DNA of 64,000 bases from an uncultured Chloroflexia bacterium (GTDB lineage: Bacteria; Chloroflexota; Limnocylindria; Limnocylindrales; CSP1-4): the NCBI GenBank assembly GCA_963768655.1, contig CAVYIM010000005.1, positions 256,001 to 320,000 on the forward strand, read 5' to 3'. A program made the position numbers and the translations under genes. Within the stretch, counting starts at the first letter, position 1. Each line of letters begins with the position of its first letter. This document shows positions 19,194 through 31,698 of the stretch, piece by piece. The notes under the pieces are model-generated. The model had not been told where the DNA came from. It made no database searches and saw only the letters and a list, made by a program, of their open reading frames with translations.

Positions 19194-19403
19194 GTATCCC
19201 TCAGCTGTCGAGTGAGTGGAGTTGCCGCCGGCCTCGAAATCTACGCGGCCGTTGAGCACCAACCGCTCCAGTCGGAGCCGGTTGCGGAGAGGATGGTGTC
19301 GCCGAAATGTGAAGTTGTTGTGAGGGCGTAGCGGAGGCATCGCGAAGCCGAGGGCGGCGCCCGGCCCTAAGCACCCCGTTCGTCCGGCCGCCACCGCACC
19401 GCT

Positions 19404-21095
<1,692 letters not shown>

Positions 21096-21218
21096 TCCGC
21101 GACTTTAGCGGATTCCGGTCGAAGACGGACCGCGCTCCGGCGGCGGGCGGCGACGCGAATCGAAAGTGGCGGCTCGACCGCGAGGGCCGAGCCGCCACGA
21201 GGCTCAGATCGAGGGGAC

Positions 21219-22256
21219 CTAGAAGATGCGAACGGCGACCTCCGCCGGAGCGAGCAGGAGCTGCTTGAGCTCATCGTCGACCTTGAGGAGGCTGATGTGG
21301 GCGCCGGCCATCTCGAGCGAGGTGCAGTACTCGCCGACGTAGCTGCGGAAGACCTTGATGCCCTTCGCGGCCAGCTTCTTGTGGGCGATGCCGTAGAGCA
21401 GGTACAGCTCGCTGATCGGGGTGCCGCCCAGGCCGTTGACCATCAGGGCGACCTCGTCGCCGCTCTTGAACGGCAGGTCGGGCACGATGGCGTCGAGCAG
21501 CACGTCCACGATCTCGTTTGCCGTGCCGCGCTTGCGGCGCTCTCGGCCCGGCTCGCCGTGGATGCCGATTCCGACTTCCATCTCGTCGGTCGCGATCTCG
21601 AACAGGGCCGTGCCGCGCACGGGCGGGATGCAGCTCGAGAGGGCGATGCCCATGGTCCGGACCTGGGCGATCACCTTCTTGCCGATCCGTTCGAGCTCGG
21701 CCAGATCAGCGCCCTTCTCGGACGCAGCGCCGACCGCCTTGATCACGAAGAAGTTGCCGGCGACGCCGCGCCGGCCGACGGTCCAGGTCGAGTCCTTGAC
21801 CGCCACGTCGTCGTTGACCAGGAGGTACCCGATCTTCATGCCGTCGGCCTCGGACAGCTCCTTGGCCATGTCCCAGGCGGTCCGGTCGCCGGTGTAGTTG
21901 TTGACGATATAGAGGACTCCCTTGGGGGAGTTCATCAGCTTGGTCGTCTCGGTGACGAACTCGACCGGAGGACCCGCGAAGACGTCTCCGGGGCACGCGG
22001 CATCGAGCATTCCGGGGCCTACGATCATGGTGTGGGCCGGCTCATGGCCGGATCCCGAACCCTGGATGATCGAGACCTTGTTGGCCTTGGGCATGTCGGC
22101 CCGGTAGATGAGGTTGTATTTCGGCTCGAACTTGAGCTTGCCGTCCGAGGCGAGGGCGACGCCCTCCAGGAACTCGGTCACGAACTTCTTGGGGTCGTTG
22201 AGGAACTTCCTCATGCCGTGGCTCTGCTGCACTTCCTTGGCCACTTCTGTCGTCAT
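21219..22256 (-). CDS. dhaK: Dihydroxyacetone-kinase-family K subunit (paralog 1)
   Basis: [32 protein letters not shown]. Confidence 0.9.
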   Translation of the reverse strand: MTTEVAKEVQQSHGMRKFLNDPKKFVTEFLEGVALASDGKLKFEPKYNLIYRADMPKANKVSIIQGSGSGHEPAHTMIVGPGMLDAACPGDVFAGPPVEFVTETTKLMNSPKGVLYIVNNYTGDRTAWDMAKELSEADGMKIGYLLVNDDVAVKDSTWTVGRRGVAGNFFVIKAVGAASEKGADLAELERIGKKVIAQVRTMGIALSSCIPPVRGTALFEIATDEMEVGIGIHGEPGRERRKRGTANEIVDVLLDAIVPDLPFKSGDEVALMVNGLGGTPISELYLLYGIAHKKLAAKGIKVFRSYVGEYCTSLEMAGAHISLLKVDDELKQLLLAPAEVAVRIF

Positions 22257-22924
22257 GTCTGCACTCCCTGTCCGTACTTCGCGCGCCACTCCTGTGCGAT
22301 TGCCTGGAGGATCACGCCGATGGCCGTCGCGCCGGCATCGACGGAGCCTCTGCTGCGCTCGCCCGTGTACGCGGCCCGGCCGCGCATGGCGAGCATTGGC
22401 TTGGTATCCTCGGCCGCCTTGACCGCCACGTCGGCGGCACGTTGGATCGCGGCCACGCCGTGGTCGCCGTGCATCGCCGGGTCGGCGATCGAGGCTTCGA
22501 GGCTGTCTGTAGCCGGGCTGAGCGCGTCCAGCAGCGTCTTGTCGCCGAGCGCCGCTCCACCGCGGGCCATGATTCCGGTCATGGCGGCGCGCAGCATTTC
22601 GACTACGTCTTCGGGTGCGAGCTCGGTCTTGTCGCCGGCAACCGCGCCGGCCCGCAGAAAGGCGGTGCCCCAGATGGGGCCCGAGACGCCGCCGACTTTG
22701 CCCGAGATCACGACCGCGACCTTCTTGAGGACCGCGCCGATGCTCGACTTGTCGAAGGTGTCGTATTCCGCCTGGACGACCTCGAAACCGTTGCGGAGCG
22801 AATAACCGAAATCGCCGTCGCCGACGATCGAGTCGAGCTGGGCGAAGTAGTCCGCGTTGTCAACGATCGTCCTGGCCATCGTCTTGATCACGAGGTCGAC
22901 TTCGTCGAACGACGCCTTTGTCAT
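22253..22924 (-). CDS. dhaL: Dihydroxyacetone-kinase-family L subunit (paralog 1)
   Basis: LDSIVGDGDFG, GGVSGPIWG, GDKTLLDAL, GRAAYTGERS. Confidence 0.9.
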   Translation of the reverse strand: MTKASFDEVDLVIKTMARTIVDNADYFAQLDSIVGDGDFGYSLRNGFEVVQAEYDTFDKSSIGAVLKKVAVVISGKVGGVSGPIWGTAFLRAGAVAGDKTELAPEDVVEMLRAAMTGIMARGGAALGDKTLLDALSPATDSLEASIADPAMHGDHGVAAIQRAADVAVKAAEDTKPMLAMRGRAAYTGERSRGSVDAGATAIGVILQAIAQEWRAKYGQGVQT

Positions 22925-22973
22925 TCCGACCTCCATTTGTGGCTCGAAAGGCTCGACGGGAACGCGGACGGAG

Positions 22974-23747
22974 CTACGGGGCGAGGCAGGCCTCGAGGTC
23001 GGCGACGGTCACGTAGGCCCCCGGCCGTGCAGCCGAGCGATTGGCCATGACCTTCGTCCGCTCTCCGTCAGGGTCTCCGAGTGATGAAACGACGAGCATC
23101 GCCTCTGAAAAGTCCTCCTTCTCGGTGTAGCCGTTGACAGTGACGAGGCAGCGCAGGCCGGCGGCGTGGGCCGCCTCCAGGCCGTTGCGCGAGTCCTCGA
23201 TGACGAGCACGCCGGCGCGATCGACGCCGAGGCGCTCGAGGGCCAGAAGGTAGATATCCGGGGCAGGCTTCTTGTGAGCCACGACGTCGCCGGCGAGGAC
23301 CAGGTCGAAGCGGGCGGCCCGCTCGGGGCCCGCGGCGCCGTCCAGGATGGCCCGCACAGAAGGCTCGGCCGAAGTCGAGGCGACGGCCATCTTCCAGCCG
23401 GCGTCCTGGGCCTCACGGATGATGCGGGTGATGCCGGGCCGCGGCGGGAGCTTGCCGGCCGCGACCATCTCGGTGTAGAGGGCGGTCTTGCGCTTGTGCC
23501 AGCCGGCCACCTCGGCCGCCAGCGCTTCCGGATCCTCGGGCAGCCGGTTGGCGCGGACGAACGCGGGCGTCAGCTCGCTGGCCATCCGCTCCTTGCCGCC
23601 GGCGATCTGGAGCTTGCGGCCATACTCGTCCTCCGACCAGGCCAGCGGCAGTCCGAACTCCCGGAACGTCTGGTTGAAGGCGGGCAGGTGACCGTAGCGT
23701 TCGGTGTCGGCCAGGACGCCGTCGCAGTCGAAGATGAGCGCGTTCAC
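22974..23747 (-). CDS. HAD-IA sugar-phosphate phosphatase (CbbY-like)
   Basis: [28 protein letters not shown]. Confidence 0.9.
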   Translation of the reverse strand: MNALIFDCDGVLADTERYGHLPAFNQTFREFGLPLAWSEDEYGRKLQIAGGKERMASELTPAFVRANRLPEDPEALAAEVAGWHKRKTALYTEMVAAGKLPPRPGITRIIREAQDAGWKMAVASTSAEPSVRAILDGAAGPERAARFDLVLAGDVVAHKKPAPDIYLLALERLGVDRAGVLVIEDSRNGLEAAHAAGLRCLVTVNGYTEKEDFSEAMLVVSSLGDPDGERTKVMANRSAARPGAYVTVADLEACLAP

Positions 23748-24598
23748 GTCCAGGCCTTGCCTTCGCTCCCGAACAGGCGGATGTGGTACTTGGCCATTTC
23801 CACCACGGCCGCCCGCTGGGCCTTGAACAGGGCCGGCGGGTCGTACTCGCCCGGGTGCTCGGTCATGTAGTCGTAGCCCGACTTCATGAACGCGATCTTG
23901 AGCGCGGTCGAGATGTTGACCTTGGCGCAGCCGCGCGAGACGAGGTCGCTGAACTGCTCGGGGGTCATCCCGGTCCCGCCGTGGAGTGCGACCGGGATGC
24001 CGGTCGCGTGGACGATGTCGGTCACTCGCTGGGAGTCGAGGTGGGGCGTCGTCTTGTAGGTCCCGTGGGCGTTGCCGATCGCGGGCGCGAACACGTCCAC
24101 GCCGGTCGAGCGGACGAAATCCACCACGGTCTCGAGCGACTGGACGTGCTCGGCCTCGTCGCCGGTCATCTCTTCGGTCCGCTTGAAGCCTTCGATCTCG
24201 CCCTCGACGCCGGCGCCGTAGCGGCGGGCCTCGGCGACGACTTCGATGCACTGGCGCTTGTTCTCCTCGACGGACAGCTTGCTGGCGTCGAAGAGGACGG
24301 AGTTCCAGCCCCTGGCCAGGCAGGCGGAGATGACGTCTCGCTCCGGGCAATGGTCGAGATGGAGGGCCACCGGCACCGAAACCTGGCCGGCGTAGGCGAC
24401 CCACATCGCGTACATGGCGTCGATGCCGGTCATCTTCACGTGCTTGACCGACGTCTGGACGATGAGCGGCGCTCGCAGCTCCTCGGCGGCGGCGAGAACC
24501 GCCTCCATCGAGAGGTCGTTGACGACGTTGATCGCGGCGACGCCGTACTTGCCGGCGAAGGCGCGATCGATGATCTCCTTGGTCTTCACGATTGGCAA
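23744..24598 (-). CDS. Class II ketose-bisphosphate aldolase
   Basis: ALHLDHC, SVLFDAS, AIGNAHG, ALHGGTG, KVNIST. Confidence 0.92.
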   Translation of the reverse strand: MPIVKTKEIIDRAFAGKYGVAAINVVNDLSMEAVLAAAEELRAPLIVQTSVKHVKMTGIDAMYAMWVAYAGQVSVPVALHLDHCPERDVISACLARGWNSVLFDASKLSVEENKRQCIEVVAEARRYGAGVEGEIEGFKRTEEMTGDEAEHVQSLETVVDFVRSTGVDVFAPAIGNAHGTYKTTPHLDSQRVTDIVHATGIPVALHGGTGMTPEQFSDLVSRGCAKVNISTALKIAFMKSGYDYMTEHPGEYDPPALFKAQRAAVVEMAKYHIRLFGSEGKAWT

Positions 24599-24737
24599 TG
24601 CAGCACCTCCTCGATTGGAACGGTTCGCTGCTCCGGGCAGCCGCTGGGCAACCGCTCCGGGCAACGCCGCGCCCTGGCCGGCTCGGACCTCTGCAGGCCC
24701 GCGGCCGGACCGGCTACGTCAGCGCAAATGCGGCCGA

Positions 24738-25820
24738 TCACCTCCTCGCTGCCGGCGGCACGGCCGGCCGTTCGTTTCCTGCCGGAACCCGGACGCGGTC
24801 GGCCTCGCGGCGCGCGGCGGCAGGCGCGGCGTCGCCGCTCACGTCGACGCGGCTCGTAGCGTCGGGGCGTGCCATCTCCAGCACGGCCCGCGTGTTGGCC
24901 TCGTCGACGATCAGCACGTCGATGACCCCGGCCCGCAGCGTCCCGAGGATGGCGAGCGGCTTTTCGGCCTCGCTCACGACCGCCACGACCGTCTCGATCC
25001 GGCGCAGCTCGTCCACCGACAGCGCCACCAGCCGGTCCCGATGCGGGGCCGCGATCAGCCGCCCGTCGACGTCCACGTAGTTGCCCAGGACGTCGCCGAC
25101 GGCCCCCTGGCGCACCAGCCGGGCGATCTCGTCAACCGAGAGGCAGCCGCTGCGGACCATCGTGCAGTCGTCGTCGGTACCGCCGATCCCGACCAGGGCG
25201 ACGCTCGCCCGGGCGGCCAGGCGAAGGGTGTGTTCGACTGCTTCCTGCTGGAGGAGGCCGTCGCGCATTTCCGCGCTCTCGACGTAGGCCGGCGCGTACA
25301 GGCTCTCGGCGCGGCCGCCGCACCTTTCCGCGAGAGCGCGGCAGATCTCGTTGGGGTTGGTCGGCGCGTCGACCCGCGGCGAGCCGCCCATGGCGCTCAC
25401 GAAGGTGCAGTCCAGGCGGCGGCCGGGCCGGAAGAACCGGGGCACCTCGCCGGTGTCGCGGCCGTGGCCGACGGCCACCACGGCGCCGTCGGAGAGGCGC
25501 CTCTCGAGGTACTGCGCCGCGCTCCGGGCCACCGCCTCGCGCTGCGCCTGCGGCTCCGCCGGCGACGTGCTGACGATCGCGTCGGTCAGGTGGAACGTGG
25601 CGCAGAGCTCGTCCTCGAGCTCGAAGTGGAGCCACGACGGGGCCTGCACGCGGATGTCGACGACGCCGGCCTGGCGGGCCTGGACGAGGAGGCGCTGCAC
25701 CTTGGGGCGCGAAAGCGCGAACTCTCGCGCTATCTCTTCCTGGGTCCGGTCGTCCACGTAATAGCGGTGGGCGATGCGCGCCAGTAGTTCGTAGCGGTCG
25801 CGGCGGACGTCGTCTGACAT
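24738..25820 (-). CDS. SorC/DeoR-family sugar-binding transcriptional regulator
   Basis: YYVDDRTQEEIAREFALSRPKVQRLL, LVGIG, GAVGDVLG, LIVDE. Confidence 0.92.
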   Translation of the reverse strand: MSDDVRRDRYELLARIAHRYYVDDRTQEEIAREFALSRPKVQRLLVQARQAGVVDIRVQAPSWLHFELEDELCATFHLTDAIVSTSPAEPQAQREAVARSAAQYLERRLSDGAVVAVGHGRDTGEVPRFFRPGRRLDCTFVSAMGGSPRVDAPTNPNEICRALAERCGGRAESLYAPAYVESAEMRDGLLQQEAVEHTLRLAARASVALVGIGGTDDDCTMVRSGCLSVDEIARLVRQGAVGDVLGNYVDVDGRLIAAPHRDRLVALSVDELRRIETVVAVVSEAEKPLAILGTLRAGVIDVLIVDEANTRAVLEMARPDATSRVDVSGDAAPAAARREADRVRVPAGNERPAVPPAARR

Positions 25821-26011
25821 ATGCCCACCACCTGGCTCGACCGATCAATTGCTCAGCCGTGAGCGCATGCCCAGTCTAGGCAGAGGGCCGCGGACGCGAT
25901 ACCGCTGACTCACAGGGCGGTCCGAAACGGCGCCGAGCGCAGCCCGGATCCCGTCGACGGCGCGGCCGGCGGTCGAAATCGGGGCTGCAGTCGCGCCGGC
26001 GTCGCGGCCCG

Positions 26012-26995
26012 TCAGCTCCAGGGCAGCGCCGCCCGCTCCGCCCAGTAGCGTTCGGGTGGCTCGGCCAGAACGCCGAGCTCGTCCAGTTCTGCGGGGCCGA
26101 GGGGCACCTCGGCGGCGGCGAGGTTGCTCGCGATCTGGGCCGGTCCGACCGCGCCCGAGAGCACGACGTCCGACCAGGGTTGAGCCAGGGCCGCGGCGAT
26201 GGCGACGGCGTCCGCGCCGGCGTGGAGGCGGCTCGAAACGGCTTCGAGCGGCTCGGGCAGCGGCTGCGGCTGGCCCGCCGCCAGCCGGCCGTTTGCGAGC
26301 GCCTCCTTGACGATGACGCCCCAGCCGGCCGCACTCGCCTCGGCCAGGGCCGGCCCGACGGAGGTCTCGAGCAGGTTCCAGGTCGCCTGCACGCAGCCGA
26401 ATGGCGCGCGGCCGTCGACCCGAACCTCGAGGGCGCGCCGGATGACGTCGGCCTGCCGCGGCCCGCTGACGGTCAGCCCGATGGCCAGGCCGGCCTCGTG
26501 CAGCGAGCTCAGCTCCGCCATCACGTCACGGTCGTCCAGCACTCCGCTCTCGAGCGTCGCGGAGTGGACCTGGTAGAGGCACAGCCGCTCGCCGAGGAGC
26601 GCTCGGCTCTCGGCAATCTGGCGGCGCAGGTTCGCCGCGGAGTGCTCCTTGATCTCGTTCACGCTGGCCCCGACCTGCCAGTCGGCCGTGTAGCGGTAGC
26701 CCCACTTGGATCCGACCGTCACGTGGCCGGGCGCGAAGGCGCGAGCGTCGAGCCACGTGGCAAAGAACTCCTCGGCCAGACCGTACGAGCGGGCGGCGTC
26801 GAAGTAGCGGATGCCGCCGTCGTACGCCGCATCCAGCAGCTCGTGGGCCCGGCGCCGCATCACCTCGACGCGCCGATCGGCGCCGAGATCCCGATCCCGG
26901 CCCAGGTTGATGTAGCCCGGGCGGCCGATCGCGGCCAGCCCCAGTCCGATCTCGCTGACCGGCAGGCCGGTTCCCCCCAGGCTCAGCGTCCGCAT
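26012..26995 (-). CDS. Aldo/keto reductase
   Basis: GLGLAAIGRP, YFDAARSYG, VGSKWG, LYQVH. Confidence 0.9.
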   Translation of the reverse strand: MRTLSLGGTGLPVSEIGLGLAAIGRPGYINLGRDRDLGADRRVEVMRRRAHELLDAAYDGGIRYFDAARSYGLAEEFFATWLDARAFAPGHVTVGSKWGYRYTADWQVGASVNEIKEHSAANLRRQIAESRALLGERLCLYQVHSATLESGVLDDRDVMAELSSLHEAGLAIGLTVSGPRQADVIRRALEVRVDGRAPFGCVQATWNLLETSVGPALAEASAAGWGVIVKEALANGRLAAGQPQPLPEPLEAVSSRLHAGADAVAIAAALAQPWSDVVLSGAVGPAQIASNLAAAEVPLGPAELDELGVLAEPPERYWAERAALPWS

Positions 26996-27001
26996 CGACG
27001 A

Positions 27002-29578
27002 CTACCCGGGCCCCGAGCCGGGCGCTGCCAGGAGCTGGCGCGCCATGGCCCGGACGGTCGCGGCGTCGGTGGCGGCAAGGGCTGCTCGCCCGAGTTCGGC
27101 CAGCTGGGCGCGCGTGACGCCGGCGAGGGCGGCGCGAATCCCGTCCATTGAGCCCGCGTCGGCCGAGAGCTCGTCCACGCCCAGTCCGACCAGCACCAGC
27201 GCCCCCAGAGGGTCTCCTGCCAGCTCGCCGCAGACGGCCACCGGGATGCCGGTCTCGTCCGCCCCGGACACCACGTTGCGGATCAGGCGCAAGACGGCGG
27301 GGTGCAGCGCATCCTGCAGCTGCCCGAGGGCGGGGTTGCCGCGGTCGGCGGCGAGCGTGTACTGGGTGAGGTCGTTGGTGCCGATCGAGAAGAAGTCCAC
27401 CAGTCGGGCCAGCTCGGGGGCCTGAAGTGCGGCCGATGGGACTTCCACCATCACCCCCGCGACCATGCGATCGGGCAGCGGGCTCCCCGCCTTCGCCGCG
27501 CCGGCTCGGGCCTCGTCACGCAGCTCGAGGAAGAGGCGCGCGTCGGCCAGGGTCGAAACCATGGCAGCCATGACGTGAGGCGTGACTCCTGCGAGGCCTG
27601 CCGCTCGCCAGATCGCCCGCAGTTGCGTCAGGAGCAGCTCCTTCGAGCCGTGATCCGCGAGGCGGATGGCACGGACCCCCAGGAACGGATTGGCCTCTGC
27701 CGGCAGGCCCAGGAACGGCAGCGCCTTGTCGCCACCGATGTCCGCCAGGCGAACGACAACGGGTCGATCGGGCCCGAAGGCTTCGAAGACGGTCCGATAG
27801 GCGGCCACCTGTTCGGCCTCCGACGGCGCGCTCTGGCGTTTCATGAACAGGAACTCGGTCCGGAAGAGTCCCACTCCCTCGGCGCCGACCTCGAGTGCGC
27901 GGGCCGAGTCCTGCGGGCCGCCGATGTTGGCCAGCAGAGCCACCCGGGCCCCGTCGGCGGTCGCTCCCGGTTTGCCGCGAAGGGCGGCAGCAGCGCGGCG
28001 GCGGCCGGCGAGGGCCCGGGCACGGGCGGTGAACTCGGCCCGCGTGGTCACGTCCGGATCGAGGGCGACCTCGCCCGTCTCGCCGTCGATGGCGATCGTC
28101 GACGCGTTCCCGGCGGCCTGCAGGAGACCGGGCACCGCCACGACGGCGGGGATTCCCCGGCCGCGGGCGAGGATCACGACGTGCGCGGTCGCCGAGCCGC
28201 CCTGGATGGCCACGCCGATCAGGAGGTCCTCCGGGATCTCCTCCGCGACCGACGGCGGCAGATCCTCGGCGACCGCGATCGAAGGAACCGCCGGCAGGGT
28301 CAGCGACTCACCCCGGATGATCCGGGCGATCCTGGCACCCACGTCCCGGAAGTCCGCGCCGCGGGCTGCGAGCAGCTCGTTCGTCAGGGCTTCCATGCCG
28401 GCCGCCGCCGCCGCCGCAGCCGACTCGACGGCCGCGGCCGGATCCTGGCCCGCAGCCGCGCGCGCGACGGCGTCGTCCAGGACCTGCGGGTCGCAGGCAA
28501 TGACGGCCTGGGCTTCGAAGATGCCGGCGTCCTCGTCTCGACCGTGCCCCCGAACCCGCGCCGCCAGGGCGTTGAGCTGGGCGGCCGCTCCCGCGGCCGC
28601 GGCGCGGATGACTTCGCCCGGGTCGGACGTCGCGCCGGCCGGGTGAGCGGTGGCCCCCGACAGTGGCCGCGAAACGTAGACCCACACCGGCCCGACGGCC
28701 ACGCCTGCGGCGCCGGCAGTCCCCGCGATCGCTCCGGCCAGGCGCGGGCGCGGCGCTGCGGGCGGGATTTCGGCCGCAGCAGGCAGCTCCGGTCGAGCGC
28801 CCGCCGTCTTGCCCTCGCCGAAACCGCCGGCGACCAGCGACAGCAGCGCCGCGAGTGCGGCGTCCTGGTCCTCTCCTTCCGCCGAGACACGGATGACGTG
28901 GCCTTGCGCCGCTCCACTCGAAGCAACGGCTGCCATGCTCTTGGCATCGGCGGGCGCCGTGCCGCCGGTCAGGTTCTCGAGCCAGATCGACGATCGGAAC
29001 CGGGACGCGGTCGTGACGAACTCGGCCGCTGGCCGGGCATGCAGACCCGCCGGGTTCCTGACTTCGACCGTGAACATATGGGCCGCGAGACCCGGGCCGG
29101 CCTCCGCAGCCGGCTGGGGATTCGACTCCTCGTCCCCGGCGTGCTTTTGCATCGACGCCGCGGCCTCGGCCTCCCGGAGGACGCCCTCCAGCGCCGCGCC
29201 GCCCCTGGCCTGGACCGCCGCGACAATCGCGCCTTCGACGATCGGCCCGCCGCTCAGTCGCGTTCGGCCGGCCACTTCCGGATCGAGCATGTCCAGGGCC
29301 AGCTTCGTGCTCAGGACCGCGCTGCCCAGGTCCGCCAGCACGAGCACGCCGGCGCCCGTGTCGGCCTGGGCGATCGCCTCGGCAATCAGCGCCGCATCGG
29401 TCCCAATCGTGCCATCGGCCATGCCGCCGGCCGCGATGAGACGCACCTCGGGCCCGGCCATCTGGCGGGCCAGCTCTACGACGCCCTCGGCGATACGCGC
29501 CGAATGGGAGACGACGACGATCCCAACCCTCGGTTCGGCCTGTGCTGCCAAGTCAGCCCTTCCAATTGACGATGTCAC
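27002..29578 (-). CDS. DhaM-type PTS fusion: EIIA(Man-like)-HPr-full Enzyme I
   Basis: IVVVSHS (EIIA), GLHARPAA (HPr), ATAHVVILAR, GVGLFRTEFLF, SIGTNDLTQY, CGELAGD (EI). Confidence 0.9.
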   Translation of the reverse strand: MTSSIGRADLAAQAEPRVGIVVVSHSARIAEGVVELARQMAGPEVRLIAAGGMADGTIGTDAALIAEAIAQADTGAGVLVLADLGSAVLSTKLALDMLDPEVAGRTRLSGGPIVEGAIVAAVQARGGAALEGVLREAEAAASMQKHAGDEESNPQPAAEAGPGLAAHMFTVEVRNPAGLHARPAAEFVTTASRFRSSIWLENLTGGTAPADAKSMAAVASSGAAQGHVIRVSAEGEDQDAALAALLSLVAGGFGEGKTAGARPELPAAAEIPPAAPRPRLAGAIAGTAGAAGVAVGPVWVYVSRPLSGATAHPAGATSDPGEVIRAAAAGAAAQLNALAARVRGHGRDEDAGIFEAQAVIACDPQVLDDAVARAAAGQDPAAAVESAAAAAAAGMEALTNELLAARGADFRDVGARIARIIRGESLTLPAVPSIAVAEDLPPSVAEEIPEDLLIGVAIQGGSATAHVVILARGRGIPAVVAVPGLLQAAGNASTIAIDGETGEVALDPDVTTRAEFTARARALAGRRRAAAALRGKPGATADGARVALLANIGGPQDSARALEVGAEGVGLFRTEFLFMKRQSAPSEAEQVAAYRTVFEAFGPDRPVVVRLADIGGDKALPFLGLPAEANPFLGVRAIRLADHGSKELLLTQLRAIWRAAGLAGVTPHVMAAMVSTLADARLFLELRDEARAGAAKAGSPLPDRMVAGVMVEVPSAALQAPELARLVDFFSIGTNDLTQYTLAADRGNPALGQLQDALHPAVLRLIRNVVSGADETGIPVAVCGELAGDPLGALVLVGLGVDELSADAGSMDGIRAALAGVTRAQLAELGRAALAATDAATVRAMARQLLAAPGSGPG

Positions 29579-29706
29579 TGCCAGGCTGGCCCATGCCAAC
29601 CGTGCCGCGCACCGCGGCCGAGCGCAAGCCATATGGCACAACTCGGCCGGCCGGCGCTGATCTGACCTCGCCGGTCGGCCGTGAGAACGTTCCGATCAGG
29701 TGAAGC

Positions 29707-30315
29707 CTAGGACCACGCGTCTGCCGCGGCCTTCAGGAGCAAGTATGAGGAGGTCGCGCCGGGGTCCTGGTGACCTGCGCTGCGCTCTCCCAGGTAGCTC
29801 GCCCGACCCTTTCGGGCAACCAGCGGGATCGTTGCCGTCATGCCGGCTTCGGCGGCGGCCACGGCCGCGTTCAGAGCTTGCCTCGGCGGTGTCCCGTCGG
29901 CCAGGGCCTGCTTGACGGCGTCCCGGGCCGGCATGAGCGTGTCGAGCATGGTCTTGTCGCCGGGCTCGGCCTTGCCGAGTCGCTGGATGCCGGCAATGCC
30001 GGCGTCCAGCCCCGCGACCCAGTCTCCCAGGCTGACCGAAGGCTTGCCGGACATGGCGATGCCGAATTGCAGGAAGACAGTGCCATAGAGCGGCCCGGCG
30101 GCTCCGCCAACCGTGGAGATGAGCGTGGTCCCGACGGTCTTGCAGACCACGCCTGCCTCGCCGCCGGGAAGGGCATCGACCTTGGGCAGGGCGGCCTGGA
30201 AGCCGCGGTCCATGTTGATGCCGTGATCGCCGTCGCCGATGGCCGAGTCCAGCTCCGTCAGATACACCTTGTTCTCGGCGATGACTCCGGCATAGCGCCG
30301 GACCCAGCCCCGCAT
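29707..30315 (-). CDS. dhaL: Dihydroxyacetone kinase L subunit (paralog 2); true start may be about 30 bp upstream
   Basis: LTELDSAIGDGDHGINMDRGF, GDKTMLD, KGRASYLGERSAGHQDPGATS. Confidence 0.93.
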   Translation of the reverse strand: MRGWVRRYAGVIAENKVYLTELDSAIGDGDHGINMDRGFQAALPKVDALPGGEAGVVCKTVGTTLISTVGGAAGPLYGTVFLQFGIAMSGKPSVSLGDWVAGLDAGIAGIQRLGKAEPGDKTMLDTLMPARDAVKQALADGTPPRQALNAAVAAAEAGMTATIPLVARKGRASYLGERSAGHQDPGATSSYLLLKAAADAWS

Positions 30316-30408
30316 GTCCTCAAACGACAGAAGGCCAGAATTCGTCCATCGGCGTCGCGACCTCTGATGCCCTGGTTACGTGAGATCAGCCTCTCCGTGC
30401 AGTGCGGC

Positions 30409-31407
<999 letters not shown>

Positions 31408-31698
31408 GCTGGCTCCTCCGCCGATGTTCCATGCCCGGTATACGTCTAGACTGCGGACTCGATTGGCTCGATCGGGCTGTCGAATTGCCTGCTGCGACCA
31501 GACGGAAGCTGCACCGATGGCTGATCCGGAATCTGTCGCACCGTCGAAGTCGTTGGCAGGCAGACAGCACCGCTGGGAGTCTGGCGCTCCGCGTCATCGC
31601 ACTCTATGCCGCCCCGCCCACGGCAAACCTCAATTCATTCTCAGCAACGTTTCGCCTGCCGGCGCCGCCGCGGCCTGTCCCCTACCCGATCGCCTTGC

